Assembly (NCBI RefSeq): GCF_020745735.1
Contig: NW_026867441.1
Coordinates: forward strand, 417,951-481,950
Direction: 5' to 3'
DNA length: 64,000 nt
Source: Hemiscyllium ocellatum
Taxonomy: Eukaryota
Within the stretch, counting starts at the first letter, position 1. Every line of letters begins with the position of its first letter. Position numbers and translations under genes: made by a program. The notes under the pieces were generated by a model that worked only from the letters and a program-made list of their open reading frames with translations, was not told the origin of the DNA and searched no databases. This document shows, piece after piece, positions 25,086 through 36,419 of this stretch.

Positions 25086-25279
25086 TGATAGAAAAGTATT
25101 TGTCTTTGGTTAGGAATTAGTTTGGAGGTAGGAGACAGAGAAGAGGGATAATGCTCTCCAATAAACAAGATGTGAATAGTGGTGTCCCCAGGGATTTGTG
25201 CAGGGGCCTCAGTATTTCACGATATTTCTCAATGACTTGGATGAAGGAATAGAGAGCCAATTATCCAAGATTGCTGACC

Positions 25280-25745
25280 ACACGGAGTGAGGCAGCTTGG
25301 AGGAGGTTACAGAGATAGGGAGAGTGGAGGGCAGAGAGGGATTTGAGAACAACGATGAGAATTTGAAAATCGAGGTGTTGCTTGACCAGGAGCCAATATA
25401 GGCACGAGGTGCAGGGGGTTGTGGGAACGGGACTTGGTGCAAGTTTGGATACGGGCTGCATAATTTTGGATGAGCTGAAGGATACGGAGGGCAGTGGCTG
25501 TGATGTGCATCAGCCATTGGAATGGTCATGTTTGGAGCCCCATAAACCTGGCTGAGATTTTCAGTGGCTGATCTTTGTGATATGGAAGATATGGGGCTTA
25601 GATCATTCTCAAACATGAGACCCAGTTTGTAAAGAGTCTGGTTGAGCAGCAGACAGTGCTCAGGGAGAGGGATGGAGTTTATACCAGAATCTGAAGAGGA
25701 TGGCTTTGATCTTCCCAATATGTTTCACAGTGAGCCTGGCACCTC
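25280..25745 (-). mobile_element. L2-like fragment, inverted paralog of 5880-6350
   Basis: INSIPLPEHCLLLNQTLYKLGLMFE and WLLVKQHLDFQILIVVLKSL. Confidence 0.75.
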
Positions 25746-26149
25746 AGTCCTGACTGCTCTTAGCTGCTGTGATTGTCACTGATTAGACACTTATTATTAG
25801 AGATTCTGACCACAGCAGAAAGCCCCAGTGTAAAAAATAACTGCAAAGGCTGTCAGATCGCAAGGTTGAAACTTCACCAAAAGAGGAAGAGAAAGAAGGA
25901 GCTCAGAGCAGCTGGGTGTTTGTTACTGAGACAGGAGAAAACTGTGAACCATCTGCACTCCCTGGAATCTGACAGCACAGGAGGCTGGTTCTAGGATTTA
26001 TTTTTTGCAGAAACAGCACAGTTTTGGAAAAGGTGTCAGTCATTCTCTCACAAACACACACGCCTGCACTCGGAGATCAGAAACAGAATCCAGCAGCTGC
26101 TCTGTCTCCAAGCTGTGAAACCTGCACAGAATTGTTCCCTCATTCAGTT

Positions 26150-26750
26150 TATAACTGGCAGGATAGACCAAGCAGGGGAAAAAACACAGTGGTGTATACA
26201 GTCGGAAGGGAGTTGCCCTGACAGTCCTCACCATTAACTATGGAATCCATGAAGCCTCATGACAGCAGGTCAAACATGGGGAAGGAAACCTCCTGCTGAT
26301 TATCACATAGCACCGCCCTCCGCTCCAACCTCAACTGAGCAGTCAGTCCTCCTCCATGTTGAACAACACTTGGAGGAAGCACTGAGGATGGGAATGATGC
26401 AGGATATACCCTGAGTAAGGGACTTCGAAGTCCACCATCAAAAGCTGCTCAGAAGCATCACTACTGAGCAAGCTGGTCACGCTCCACCTGATTCAGCTGC
26501 GAGACTGGACCTGGGGCAGGTGGTGAGGGAACCAACAAGAGGGAAAAACATACTCACTATCACCTTCACCAATCTGCCTGCTGGTGTATCTGTCCATGAC
26601 AGTATCAGTAAGAGTGACCACAGCACAGACCGTGTGGAGACAAAATCCTGTCTTCCCTTTGAGATTATCTTACATTCTGTTGGGCAAGAGATATGGAATG
26701 TCAGAAAGAACTTTGATTTTAGCAGCAATTGTCAAAGTCTTGGAAATTAG
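26150..26750 (+). mobile_element. EN-domain fragment of the same LINE family as 3241-5370
   Basis: VREPTRGKNILTITFTNLPAGVSVHDSISKSDH (26520-26750). Confidence 0.75.
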
Positions 26751-27967
26751 TGCCCATTCAGGTGAGACAGGTGAAGAAACTCAGTGATTGCAATGGCAGA
26801 TTGGATGGGCTCTTAATGGAAATAAACCTGCAAGGCCCTGGGGGTCGAGTAGGGGAGGGGGTGGGACTGACTGGATTGCTCCATGAAATGACAGCATTTC
26901 CCTGACAGGCTGAATGTTCTCCCCCTGTGCTGGAAATAGGTCTCACTCAATGAGGGGTTCACAGTTAGAGAGTCTGGATGCAGTAAATACAGGACAAATT
27001 GTTTCTCCAGGCAGGAGGGTCAGTAACCAGAGGGCACACATTTCAGAAAGGGTCTGAAGTACAAGAGAGAAGATAGGAACATTTTTTATCCAGCGAGTTC
27101 ATGATGACTGTCTGCAAGGTGAGTGGAAGTGGATTCAACAGCAACTTTCAAAAGGGCATTTGGAGAAATAGCTGAAAAGGAAATAATTGCAGTTATACAG
27201 GAAGGGCTGGGGAAATGGGACTCATTGGACTCATTTGACTAACAGTCGCAATTAACCCAGTGACCTCTGTCTGTGCTGTTTTAGAGCTTACACATACTTA
27301 GACTCACCTTTACACAAAGACTGGGAGAAACAGACAACCCAGTTTACAGAAGAGTGTTTTCTCAAGGGAAACTCTCTTGAACCAACTCAGGGAACAGGCC
27401 AGACTAGATTTACTGATGAGGAATAATTCAGCAAATCAATGGCAAAGGAACAGTGAACCAAAAGTGATGGGATTGAACAGTATATTCAATAGCACAACCA
27501 TTCAGAGGGGGAGGGATCAAGGGCAGGAAGTCCGAGAGCATGCTGTAGGGGTCTGAAGGCTCTGCTGTCAATGGTGGGACGGAGCAAGCAGCAATGGGCA
27601 GGAGACCAGAGACAGAAGATGGAAGGGGGAGAGAGGGAATGTGAGTCTGCAGCAGGACACAGACGGAGGGAGGCCATGGTGGCAATTGGCTGGCAGTGAG
27701 GTCAGGGGTCATTCTGGAATGAGAGATGGATAAGACAGGGAAGGGCCCACTCCATATCAGACAAATTGGAGTTTATGGAATATGGCTTTAGGAAGCTAGG
27801 AGAGGACATTAGAATCATAGAGTTAGGGAGCAGGACGAGCAGGAATTAGGGTTTCTGTGGTCAAGGGGGCGAGGTAGTGCAGAGACAATGTTGTTGAGAT
27901 TGAAATAAGAGGCATACGTGATGGAAAGGATGTGGGGTTTGCAGCTCAGGTGCTGGATAGTCCTGAG

Positions 27968-29500
27968 GGAAGGAGGGCCATGTTTACTGGTCTCTTCTGG
28001 AGCATCCAGTGGGAAGGAGGTCCCTGTTTATTGGTGTCTATTGGAGGTTCCAGTGGAAAGAGGTCCATGTTTATTGGTGTCTATTGGGAGGTGGTCCATG
28101 TATACATCATTAAAGAGTCATAGAGGTTTACAGCATGGGACCAGGCCGTTCAGCTCAACTCATCCATGCCGACCAAGTATCCAAAACTGAACTAGTTCCA
28201 TTTGCATGTGTTTGGCCCAATTCTCTCTAAATCCTTCCTATCCATGTTCCTGTAAAAATGTCCTTGAAATGTAGTAATTGTACTCACCTCTACGAATTCT
28301 TCTGGCAGCTCATTACACATACACACTAACCTCTGTGTGAAAATGTTGCCCCTCAGTTTCCTACTAATTTTTTCCCCTCTCAACTTAAGTTACTCCTTCT
28401 AGTACTGGACTCTTCTACCCTGAGGAAAAGACTTTGATTATTCACCTTATCTATGACCCTCATGATTCTATAAACCTCTATAAGGTCACCCCTCAGTCTC
28501 CTGCATTCCTTGGAAAAACATCTTGGCCTATTCATCCTCATCTTGTAATTCAAATCCTCCAATCTTGATAACATCCCTGTTAATCTTTCTTGTATTCAAA
28601 CCACTGTCATAACTTCCTTCCTATAGCAGGGTGAGCAGAAATGTACTGTGTCCAAATGTGGCCTTCCCAATGCCTTGTACAGCTGTAACATGATGTCCCA
28701 GCTCCTGTACTCACTGCTTTGACCAGTGTAGGTGAGCATGCCAAATACTTTCTTCACCACCCTGTCTACCTGTGACCCCACTTCCAAGGAACTATGTACC
28801 TGTACCCCTCAGACTCTCTGTTCAACAACACTCCCCATGGCTCTACCATTAATTGTGTAATTCCTGCCCTGGTTTGTCTTCCCAAAATGCAACTCCTTCC
28901 ATTTATCAAAATTTCCATCTGGATATGTTGACCCACTGGCCCAGTTGATCAAGATGACATTGCACTCTTGGATAACCTTCTTCCCTGTCCACTATGCCAA
29001 CAATTTTAACATCAGCCACAAACTTACTGACCATTCCTGCTATTTTCTCATCCAAATTACTCATATAAATGATGAACAACAGTGGATCCAGGATCGATTC
29101 TTTTGACAGGCAGTTGGTCACTGGCCTCCAGTCTGAAGAACAACCCTCTCTCACCAGCCTCTGCCTCCTATCATCAGGCCAATTTTATATCCAATTGGTG
29201 AGCTCTCCCTGGATCCTGTGTGATATAATCTTACTGAGCAGTCTACCATAGGGAACCTTGTATTAACTCCATGTAGACAGAGTGTACTACTCCATCTTTA
29301 CCTATCTTCTTGCTTACTTCTTCAAAAACTCAACCATCTACTCATCTCCATTGGAAGTTCCAGTGATTAGGAGGCCCATATTTATTGATCTGTCTTGGAG
29401 GATCCAGTCAGAAGGAGACCAATGTTTACTGGTCTCTAGTGGAGGCTCTTGCAGGAAGGAGGCCATGTTTACTGGACTCTGTAGGAGAGTCCAGTGCATC
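27968..29500. repeat. About 43-nt-unit minisatellite (about 3 units at 27968-28100, about 4 at 29345-29500) split by a CR1 insertion
   Basis: Unit approximately aggaggccatgtttactggtctct..tggagg.tccagtggga. Confidence 0.7.
28100..29340 (-). mobile_element. CR1-like LINE 3' third
   Basis: LDPLLFIIYMSNLDE..SKFVADVKI, LYKALGRPHL and LRGDLIEVYRIM on the minus strand. Confidence 0.85.
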
Positions 29501-29979
29501 ATGGACTCCAAGGTGAGTGTGGGGTTCAGTTCCTTTCTGTTGTAACTGTGTAATGGTTCAACCCACATCCCAGTAAAACACCCTGACTCAGAGACTGATC
29601 ATGGAAAGGGAAAGAGAGGGGTAGGAGAGGGGAAGCGATTGGAAAATATTGTGAATGGACAGGCTGGATCAGTGGGTCAGAGCCTGTGCTGCCCCCCCCA
29701 GCTCACACTGATGGCCTGAGGATCTCCTCTCTCTGCTGGGCCTCCATGGAATGGGCTTTGTGTCCAAACCAGTCCCCAGTGAGAACAGGCCAAAAGCACA
29801 GAACTGCCCTTCATTTGACAAGAATCTAGCCATCTTTCTGAGAGAGGCCAAATCCAGGTCAATGTGGAAAATGGGGCCTTACTCCCGGAGAAAACATGCT
29901 TCTGGGGTCAAGGGTTAACATCCATGAGTGGGGCAGAGAGAGGGAGATTCATCCTGAATTCAACTGCCACAACCTGGGA

Positions 29980-30030
29980 CACTGTGAGAAAGAGAGAGAA
30001 GTGAGTCAGAGACAAAGGGTGAGTGTCTGT

Positions 30031-30099
<69 letters not shown>

Positions 30100-30440
30100 T
30101 GAGAGACATGAGTATGATTAGAAACAGAATGACAGAGAGGGAGGGAGTGCGACTGTAGATTGGGAATACAGAGAGGGAGGGAGAGAGACAGAGGGAGGTA
30201 TAGAGAGGAGAGATAACAGAGGATTTAAATTGAAGCGAGAGAGGGAAGGAGTTATGGAGACAGTGAGAGATGGAAAAATAAAAATTATGAGATGGAGTGA
30301 GAAAGCATGAGTGAATTGGGGAGAGTGGCTATGAGACAGAGTGAGAGAGAGAGAGAACATGAATGAGATTAACAGGAGGAGAGAGAGGGATAGAGAGAAA
30401 GAAGTGGCAGATGTGAGACAGAGAGAGAGAGAGAGAGAGG
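29980..30440. repeat. (GT)n(GA)n compound microsatellite (about 30033-30096) and GA-rich tract
   Basis: Read directly; inverted homolog of 1741-2430. Confidence 0.9.
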
Positions 30441-31406
30441 TGGATAGGTCCTGGTCACCACATTCTGGGAAGGATGTGACTGTACTTGAGAGGGTGCAGA
30501 GATTTACCAAGATGCTGCCTGGGATGGAGGGTCAGCTGTGGGGAAATCTTGGAAAGGTTGGGATTGTTTCCTTGGAGCAGTGAAGGCTGAGAGGGGACAT
30601 GATAGAGGGGGATAAGATTATTTGGGGCAGTGATAGCGTGGGTAAGAAGGCACTTTATATGTCAGTAAAGTACTCAATAACCTGTGTCCCAGGTAACACA
30701 GACATGGACACAGAAACTCGGAACTGGAGTAGGCCTTTTGGCCCTTTGAGCCTGCTCTGTCATTCATTATGATCATGGCTGATCCTCCATCTCAAAACCA
30801 TATTCCTGCTTTCTCCCCATTCCCTTCATGCTGTTAAAATGCAAAACAATTATCTCTCTCCTTTTCTTGAATTTATTCAGTTCCTTGGGTTCCACAGTTG
30901 TCCTACCCTTTGAGTGAAGAAATGTTTCCTCATCTCAGTCCTAAATGGTCTACCCTGTATCCCCCTGAGACTGGGTCCCCTGATTCCAGACTTCCCAACC
31001 AGGGGAAACCTCCTCCCTGCCCAGCCCTGTTAGAATTTTATACATCTCAATCAGATTCTCTCTCATCCTTCTGAACTTGAGTGAGTCCAGGCCCAGTCAA
31101 ATTGGAGTGAGAGGAGAATTGAGGAGAAATGTTTTCACCCAGAGGGTGGTGGGAGTCTGGAACTCACTGCCTGAAAGGCTGGTTGAGTCACAAACTCTCG
31201 TGACACTGGAGCAGTGTTTAGATATTCCCTTGTGTTGCTGTAGCCTCCAGGCTGATGGGTCAAGAGCTGGAGGATGGGATTAGTGTCATCAGATCTTTGT
31301 TTACTCACACAGACACAATGGGCTAAATGGCCTCATTCAATGTTGTTCACATCAATGATTCTCTGAGAGAGCGAGAGAGAGAGCGAGAGAAGGAAGTGTG
31401 AGGGGC

Positions 31407-31486
31407 TGACGTGGCTCTCTCTGCCTGATGCCATTTACATACTGAGGAACACCCAGTCAGACTCTCACAGGCTGCAGCTTTATAAA
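31407..31486 (+). promoter_or_regulatory. V2 promoter: TGACGTGG (31407-31414), variant octamer ATTTACAT (31433-31440), TATAAA (31481-31486)
   Basis: Motifs lie about 60-140 nt upstream of the leader ATG and are shared with V1. Confidence 0.8.
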
Positions 31487-31546
31487 GCAGAGCCCAGTGA
31501 AGGGAGAATTGATCAGGAACGAGGCACAGGGACAGGAGCACACACC

Positions 31547-31595
31547 ATGATTTCACACATCCAGTTAATCTGGCCCCTGGCATTCTGTATCGCAG
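31547..31595 (+). CDS. Leader exon of V2 (MISHIQLIWPLAFCIA-G)
   Basis: ATG at 31547, 49 nt, G|GTACAA donor, 186-nt intron ending in CAG at 31781. Confidence 0.93.
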
Positions 31596-31781
31596 GTACA
31601 AATCTCTCTCCTTCCACCTTGAATCTTTAGCTGCTCTCCACTTGACTCCAATTCCACTGACTTGTGATTGAAGGGAAAATGCTGAAACCAGAGGAATGCT
31701 CAGTGTCTCCAACAATCTCTCATTTGACCGGCTCTTTCTGTGACAGTTCTGACTTCACTGTGTTTCTCTCTGACCCCTCAG

Positions 31782-32077
31782 GTATCAGTGGGGACATCAT
31801 CATGACCCAGTCTCCCCCGGTGCTGTCAGTGGGACTGGGCCAGACTGCAACCACCACCTGTATGACCAGTCAAAGCATTAGCAGCAACCTTGCTTGGTAC
31901 CAGCCGCGAGAAGGTCAGAAACCCTCTCTCCTGATCTATAATGCAGCAACTCGATTCACAGGAGTCTCCGATTGATTCACCGGCAGTGGATCAGGGACCA
32001 GTTTCACCCTGACAATCAGCAACATTCAGAATGAGGATGTCACTGACTATTACTGTCAGCAGTATAGCAGCAGCCTT
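31782..32077 (+). pseudogene. IGKV: Ig kappa-type V exon (V2), pseudogene with an in-frame TGA at 31973-31975
   Basis: [94 protein letters not shown]; both Cys and the Trp are present; V1 has CGA at the stop position. Confidence 0.96.
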
Positions 32078-32105
32078 TACAGTGATACAGAGCCATACAA
32101 AAACC
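32078..32105 (+). promoter_or_regulatory. 12-bp-spacer recombination signal sequence of V2, heptamer mutated (TACAGTG)
   Basis: TACAGTG + ATACAGAGCCAT (12 nt) + ACAAAAACC. The V-12/J-23 configuration is the kappa type; the first C of the CAC required by RAG is lost. Confidence 0.92.
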
Positions 32106-32549
32106 TCAATATGCACAACACCACCTTCTGTACTGACACATCCAACAGTTATATGAAATGTATAATAAGGGACAGATAGTCCCACCTCTTGCACTGACAC
32201 GTCCACAGTTATATATAAAGTAAATTGAACAAATTACCCCATGCTGGGTTTGTCACTGTCTACTACACATTCCAGTCCCTGTAGTGTCCACCTCTCACTG
32301 AAGGCCTCAAGTTTCCCTCTTACACTCCATGGCCACATGTGAAGAACAGCTGCAAGATTTAACAATGAAAACTAAATTTCACAAACCCCCGAGAGTAGCT
32401 GGACACAACCCAGGGAGACAGAGAGAGAAAGACACATGAATGAGGGAGAGACAGAGAGGGGTAGGGAGTGAATGAGATTGACCAAGAATAGACAGAGACA
32501 GAGAGAGACAGGGAGAGGTTGAGAGTGACAGGGGGAAGCAGAGAGCAGA

Positions 32550-32588
32550 GGTTTTTATACAGCCTCTGCACTGGGAGCTCTCACTGTG
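32550..32588 (+). promoter_or_regulatory. 23-bp-spacer RSS upstream of J
   Basis: GGTTTTTAT (32550-32558) + 23 nt + CACTGTG (32582-32588). Confidence 0.95.
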
Positions 32589-32622
32589 TACACGTTCGGG
32601 AAAGGAACCAAACTCAGACTGA
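32589..32622 (+). CDS. IGKJ: Ig light chain J segment (YTFGKGTKLRL-S)
   Basis: FGxG motif directly after the heptamer; the phase-1 boundary at 32622 fits the C exon start (a|gc cgt gag aac); the donor reads GCAAGT. Confidence 0.93.
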
Positions 32623-32996
32623 GCAAGTAAACCTCAATTGTCCGTTATTAACCCTGTCAATACTGAAACACACTTTCTAAAACACAAATGCTGAATTGTT
32701 GAAGGTGTTAGTGGGGAGCTGCAGTGAATGAAATGGTTGATTGAGGAGCACTGTGGCGAACAGGGTGTCCAGCTGTACTTCTTTAGTTCCATTGCCCCGC
32801 TTAAGCAGCAAGACAGAAGTCAGTCAGTTTTACTCACTGTGTGGAGGAGCTCTGTCCATTTTCAGCCTGTGGTCCCATTCCTGCAGCATGGAGTGAAATC
32901 AGTGAGTAGCCTCCTGCCAGTCTCAGTGTGACAGACTCAGGGCAGAGTTTGATGTGAGCTCTGGCTCCCTGTCCCAGCCTCTGATCTCACTGACCT

Positions 32997-33034
<38 letters not shown>
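32997..33034. repeat. (CAG)12 microsatellite in the J-C intron
   Basis: Read directly. Confidence 0.95.
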
Positions 33035-33069
33035 CAGTGAGACACCGAGCTCCCACCTCCCCCAGCTTT

Positions 33070-35500
33070 AACTCTGCTCAATCACACAATCACAGAATTG
33101 TTACAGTGCACAAGGAGACCATTCCACCCATCCTGTCTGGACCGGCTCTCTGAATGAGCAATTCACTGAGTGTCATTCTCCTGCCTTCTCCCTGTCACCC
33201 TGCACATTGTTCCTTTTCAAATAACAGCCTCATTCCCCTCGGAATGTTTTAATTGAAGCTGCCTCCACCACACTCTCAGGCAGTGCACTCCACACCTTAA
33301 CCACCCTAAAAATGTTGTTCCCCATCTCACTTTTGTTACTTTTCCCAATTGCTTTCGATCTGTGGTCTCTTGGTCTGAATCCTTTCTTAATTGGGAACAT
33401 TTTCTCCCTATTTACTCTGTCCAGGCCCTTCCTGACTCTGAATTCCTTGAACAAATCTCCTCTCAGCCTTCTCCAAAGAAGACAGTCCCAAATTCTCCAA
33501 TCAAACTTCATAACTGATGTTCCTCATCCCTGGAATGATCTTTGGGAACAATTTTTGCCATCGCTACAAAACATTCGCCTCCTTCCAGAATTCTTCACAT
33601 TATCTATGTCCCTCATGATTTTCCAAACCTCTACAAGGTCACTCCTCAGAACCTTCCGCTTCAGGGGAAGAAGTCTCAGCTTTTCCAGCAACTCATAGTC
33701 ACAGAGTCATACCGCGTGGAAACAGACCTTTCAGTCCAACTTGTCCATGCTAACCAAATATCCTAAACTGATCTCATCCCATTTGCCAGCATTTGGCTTA
33801 CATCTCTCGAAAACCAGCCTATCCATGTACCCATCCCAATGTGTTTTAAATGCTGTAACTGTATCTGCCTCCAACACTTTCTCTGGCAGCTCAATCCAGA
33901 CACGCACCACCCTCTGTGTGACAAGTTACCCCTCAGGTCCCTTTTGAATCTTTTGCCTCTCACCTTAAACTTATGTCCTCTTGTTTTGGAATCCCTTTCC
34001 CACGGAAAAGACCTTGGATATACACCCAGTTCATGCCCCTCATGGTTTTATAAACATCTATAACGTCACCCCGAGGCCTTAGATGCTGCAGAGAATATAG
34101 CCCCAGTTTCTTCAGCCTTTCCCGACAGCTCGAACCCTCCAAATCCTGGCCACATCCTTGTAAATCTTTTCTGCAGCTTTTTAAGTTTAACGACATCCTT
34201 CCTACCTCAGGATGATAGAATTGTTCACATCATTCCCAAAGTGGCCTCACCAATCTCCTGTACTGCTCAACATTATGTTCCAACTCCTGTACTCAATGCA
34301 GTGATGAACAAAAGCAAGCAAACCAAACACCTTCTTCATCACCCTGTCTACCTGTGACCCCACTTTCAAGGAATAATGTACCTGCATCTTCACCCCTAGG
34401 TCTGTTATTCAGCAACACTCCACAGGGCCCTCCCATTAACTGTATAACTCCTGCCCTGGTTTGCCTTTCCAAAATGCAACATCTCACATTTATCTAAACT
34501 GAACTCCATTTGCCACTCTTCTGCCCATTGCCCCATCTGATCAAGGTCCCGCTGTACCCTGAGATAATCTTCTTCACTATCCACTGTCCCACCAATTTTG
34601 GTGTCATTTACAAACTTACCGTAACTCCTATATTCCCATCCAAATCATTTCTTTAAATGATGAAAAGCATTTGTGGACTCAGCACCAATCCTTGTGGCAC
34701 ACAGCTATTCACAGATCTCCAGTCTGAAAAGCAACCTTTTCCCACCACTCTCTGCCTCCAATCTTCAAGCCAATTTTTTGACTCCAATGGCTCGCTCCCC
34801 CTGGATCCCATGTGGTCTAACCTCACAACCAGTCTATCATGTGGAACCTTGTCAAACACTTTACTCTGAAGTTCATATTGACAATGTCTACTGTTCTGTC
34901 TTCATCAATTCTTTTGGTCACCTCCTGAATCAAATTCAGGAGACATGATTTCCTATGCACAAAGCCACACTGATTATCCAAACGATGTAAATCCTGTCCC
35001 ACAGAATCCACTCCAACATCTTACCCAGCACTGACATCAGGCTCACTGGTCTATAGTTCCCTTGCTTTTCCTTTCAGAAATAATGGCATAATCTTAGCCA
35101 ACCTCTCTGTTTCTCCAGCACCTTATCCATGGTTGCCGATGATACATATATCTCAGCAAGGGTCCCAAAAATCACTTCCCCAGTTGCCACAATGTTCTGG
35201 GATACACCTGATCAGGTCCTCGGGTTTATCTACCTTTATGTGTTTTAAGATCTTTAGCGTCTCCTCATTTATATGTGTTCTCTTTTCAAGACATCACTAT
35301 TTTTCCAAATTCCCTAGCTTTCCCCACAATATATACTGACCTAAAATATTTGTTCAGGATCTCACCCATCTCTTGTGTCTTACCAAAATATAGCACTCCC
35401 ATTTATCTGAATTAAACTCCATCTGCCAGTCCACAGCCCACTGGCCCAGTTGGTCAATATTCCATTGTATTCTTAGACAGCCTTCTTCACTGCCAATGAT
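33070..35500 (-). mobile_element. Nested CR1-like 3' and RT fragments
   Basis: RLRGDLFKEF, RKSCLLNLIQEVTKRIDE and FDKVPHDRLV..SCVPQGLVLSP on the minus strand. Confidence 0.82.
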
Positions 35501-35805
35501 TAGATTAGATTCTCTACAGTTTGGAAACAAGCCCTTTGGCCCAACAAGTCCACACTGATCTCCGAAGAGTAACCCACCCAGACCCATTTCCCTCTCAGTA
35601 ATGCATCAAACACTATGGACAATTTAGCATGGCCAATTCACCTGACCTGCACACCTCTGGACTGTGGAAGGAAACCAGAGCACCCGGAGGAAAAACACGC
35701 AGACACAGGGAGAATGTGCAAACTCCACACAGACAGTCACCCAAGGCTGGATTCAAACCTGGGACCCTGGTACTATAAGGCTGCAGTGCTAACCACTGAG
35801 CCACC
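35501..35805 (-). mobile_element. V-SINE (HE1-like), near full length
   Basis: catggtggctcagtggttagcactgcagcc...gtgtggagtttgcacattctccc...gggccaaagggcttgtttcc on the minus strand. Confidence 0.85.
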
Positions 35806-36419
35806 ATGCTGATCCCCACCCCTGAGCCACCACTAAGCCACCAATGCCACCTGAAAATTCACCTAAACACACTTTTGCCAGTCTGGTCACTATATTCAGA
35901 AATTAAAGACCCCCCCCCCCCCCATTTATAAGGGCTCTATCATATTTGCAGGTCTCTGTAAATTCCTTGCATTTGTATTCCTCCACATCCTTCCCACTGG
36001 GTGGTGTCTTATTGACTGCTGTGAGGATTCTGTGGTCCTTGGTGTTCCTCTCTGATATTTGCCCCTGGCTCCCACAGCCCTGCCAAGTTAGTTTAAACCC
36101 TCTCTAACAGTAGTGAACCACCTCACAAAAATCTAAAGCCCTCCCTCATGGATCCTCTTTCCAGCCCAGCAGTCACCTGTGTTCACCTCCTGATTCTATT
36201 CTCACTTGTGTGGGGTGCTGCAAATGTGTTGCTGGAAAAGCGCAGCAGGTCAGGCAGCATCCAAGGAGCAGGAGAGTCGACGTTTCGGGCCTGAGCCCTT
36301 CTTCACTTGCGTGGGGCACTGGGAGTAATCTGGAGATTCCTACCTTTGAGTTCCTGCTACTAATTAGCAGCAGGAACTCAAAAGTAGGAAGCTCCCAGAT
36401 TACTTAAAAGTCGGAAGCT

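Noticed and set aside
27968-28100. Regularly spaced repeats (also 46030-46220) as a possible CRISPR-like array
   Set aside because: Degenerate tandem units without unique spacers, in a vertebrate context.
33033-33039. Isolated CACAGTG in the J-C intron, reminiscent of the mammalian kappa intron heptamer used with KDE
   Set aside because: No nonamer at 12 or 23 nt, and the heptamer occurs several times by chance (e.g. about 317, 3596, 4396, 49159).
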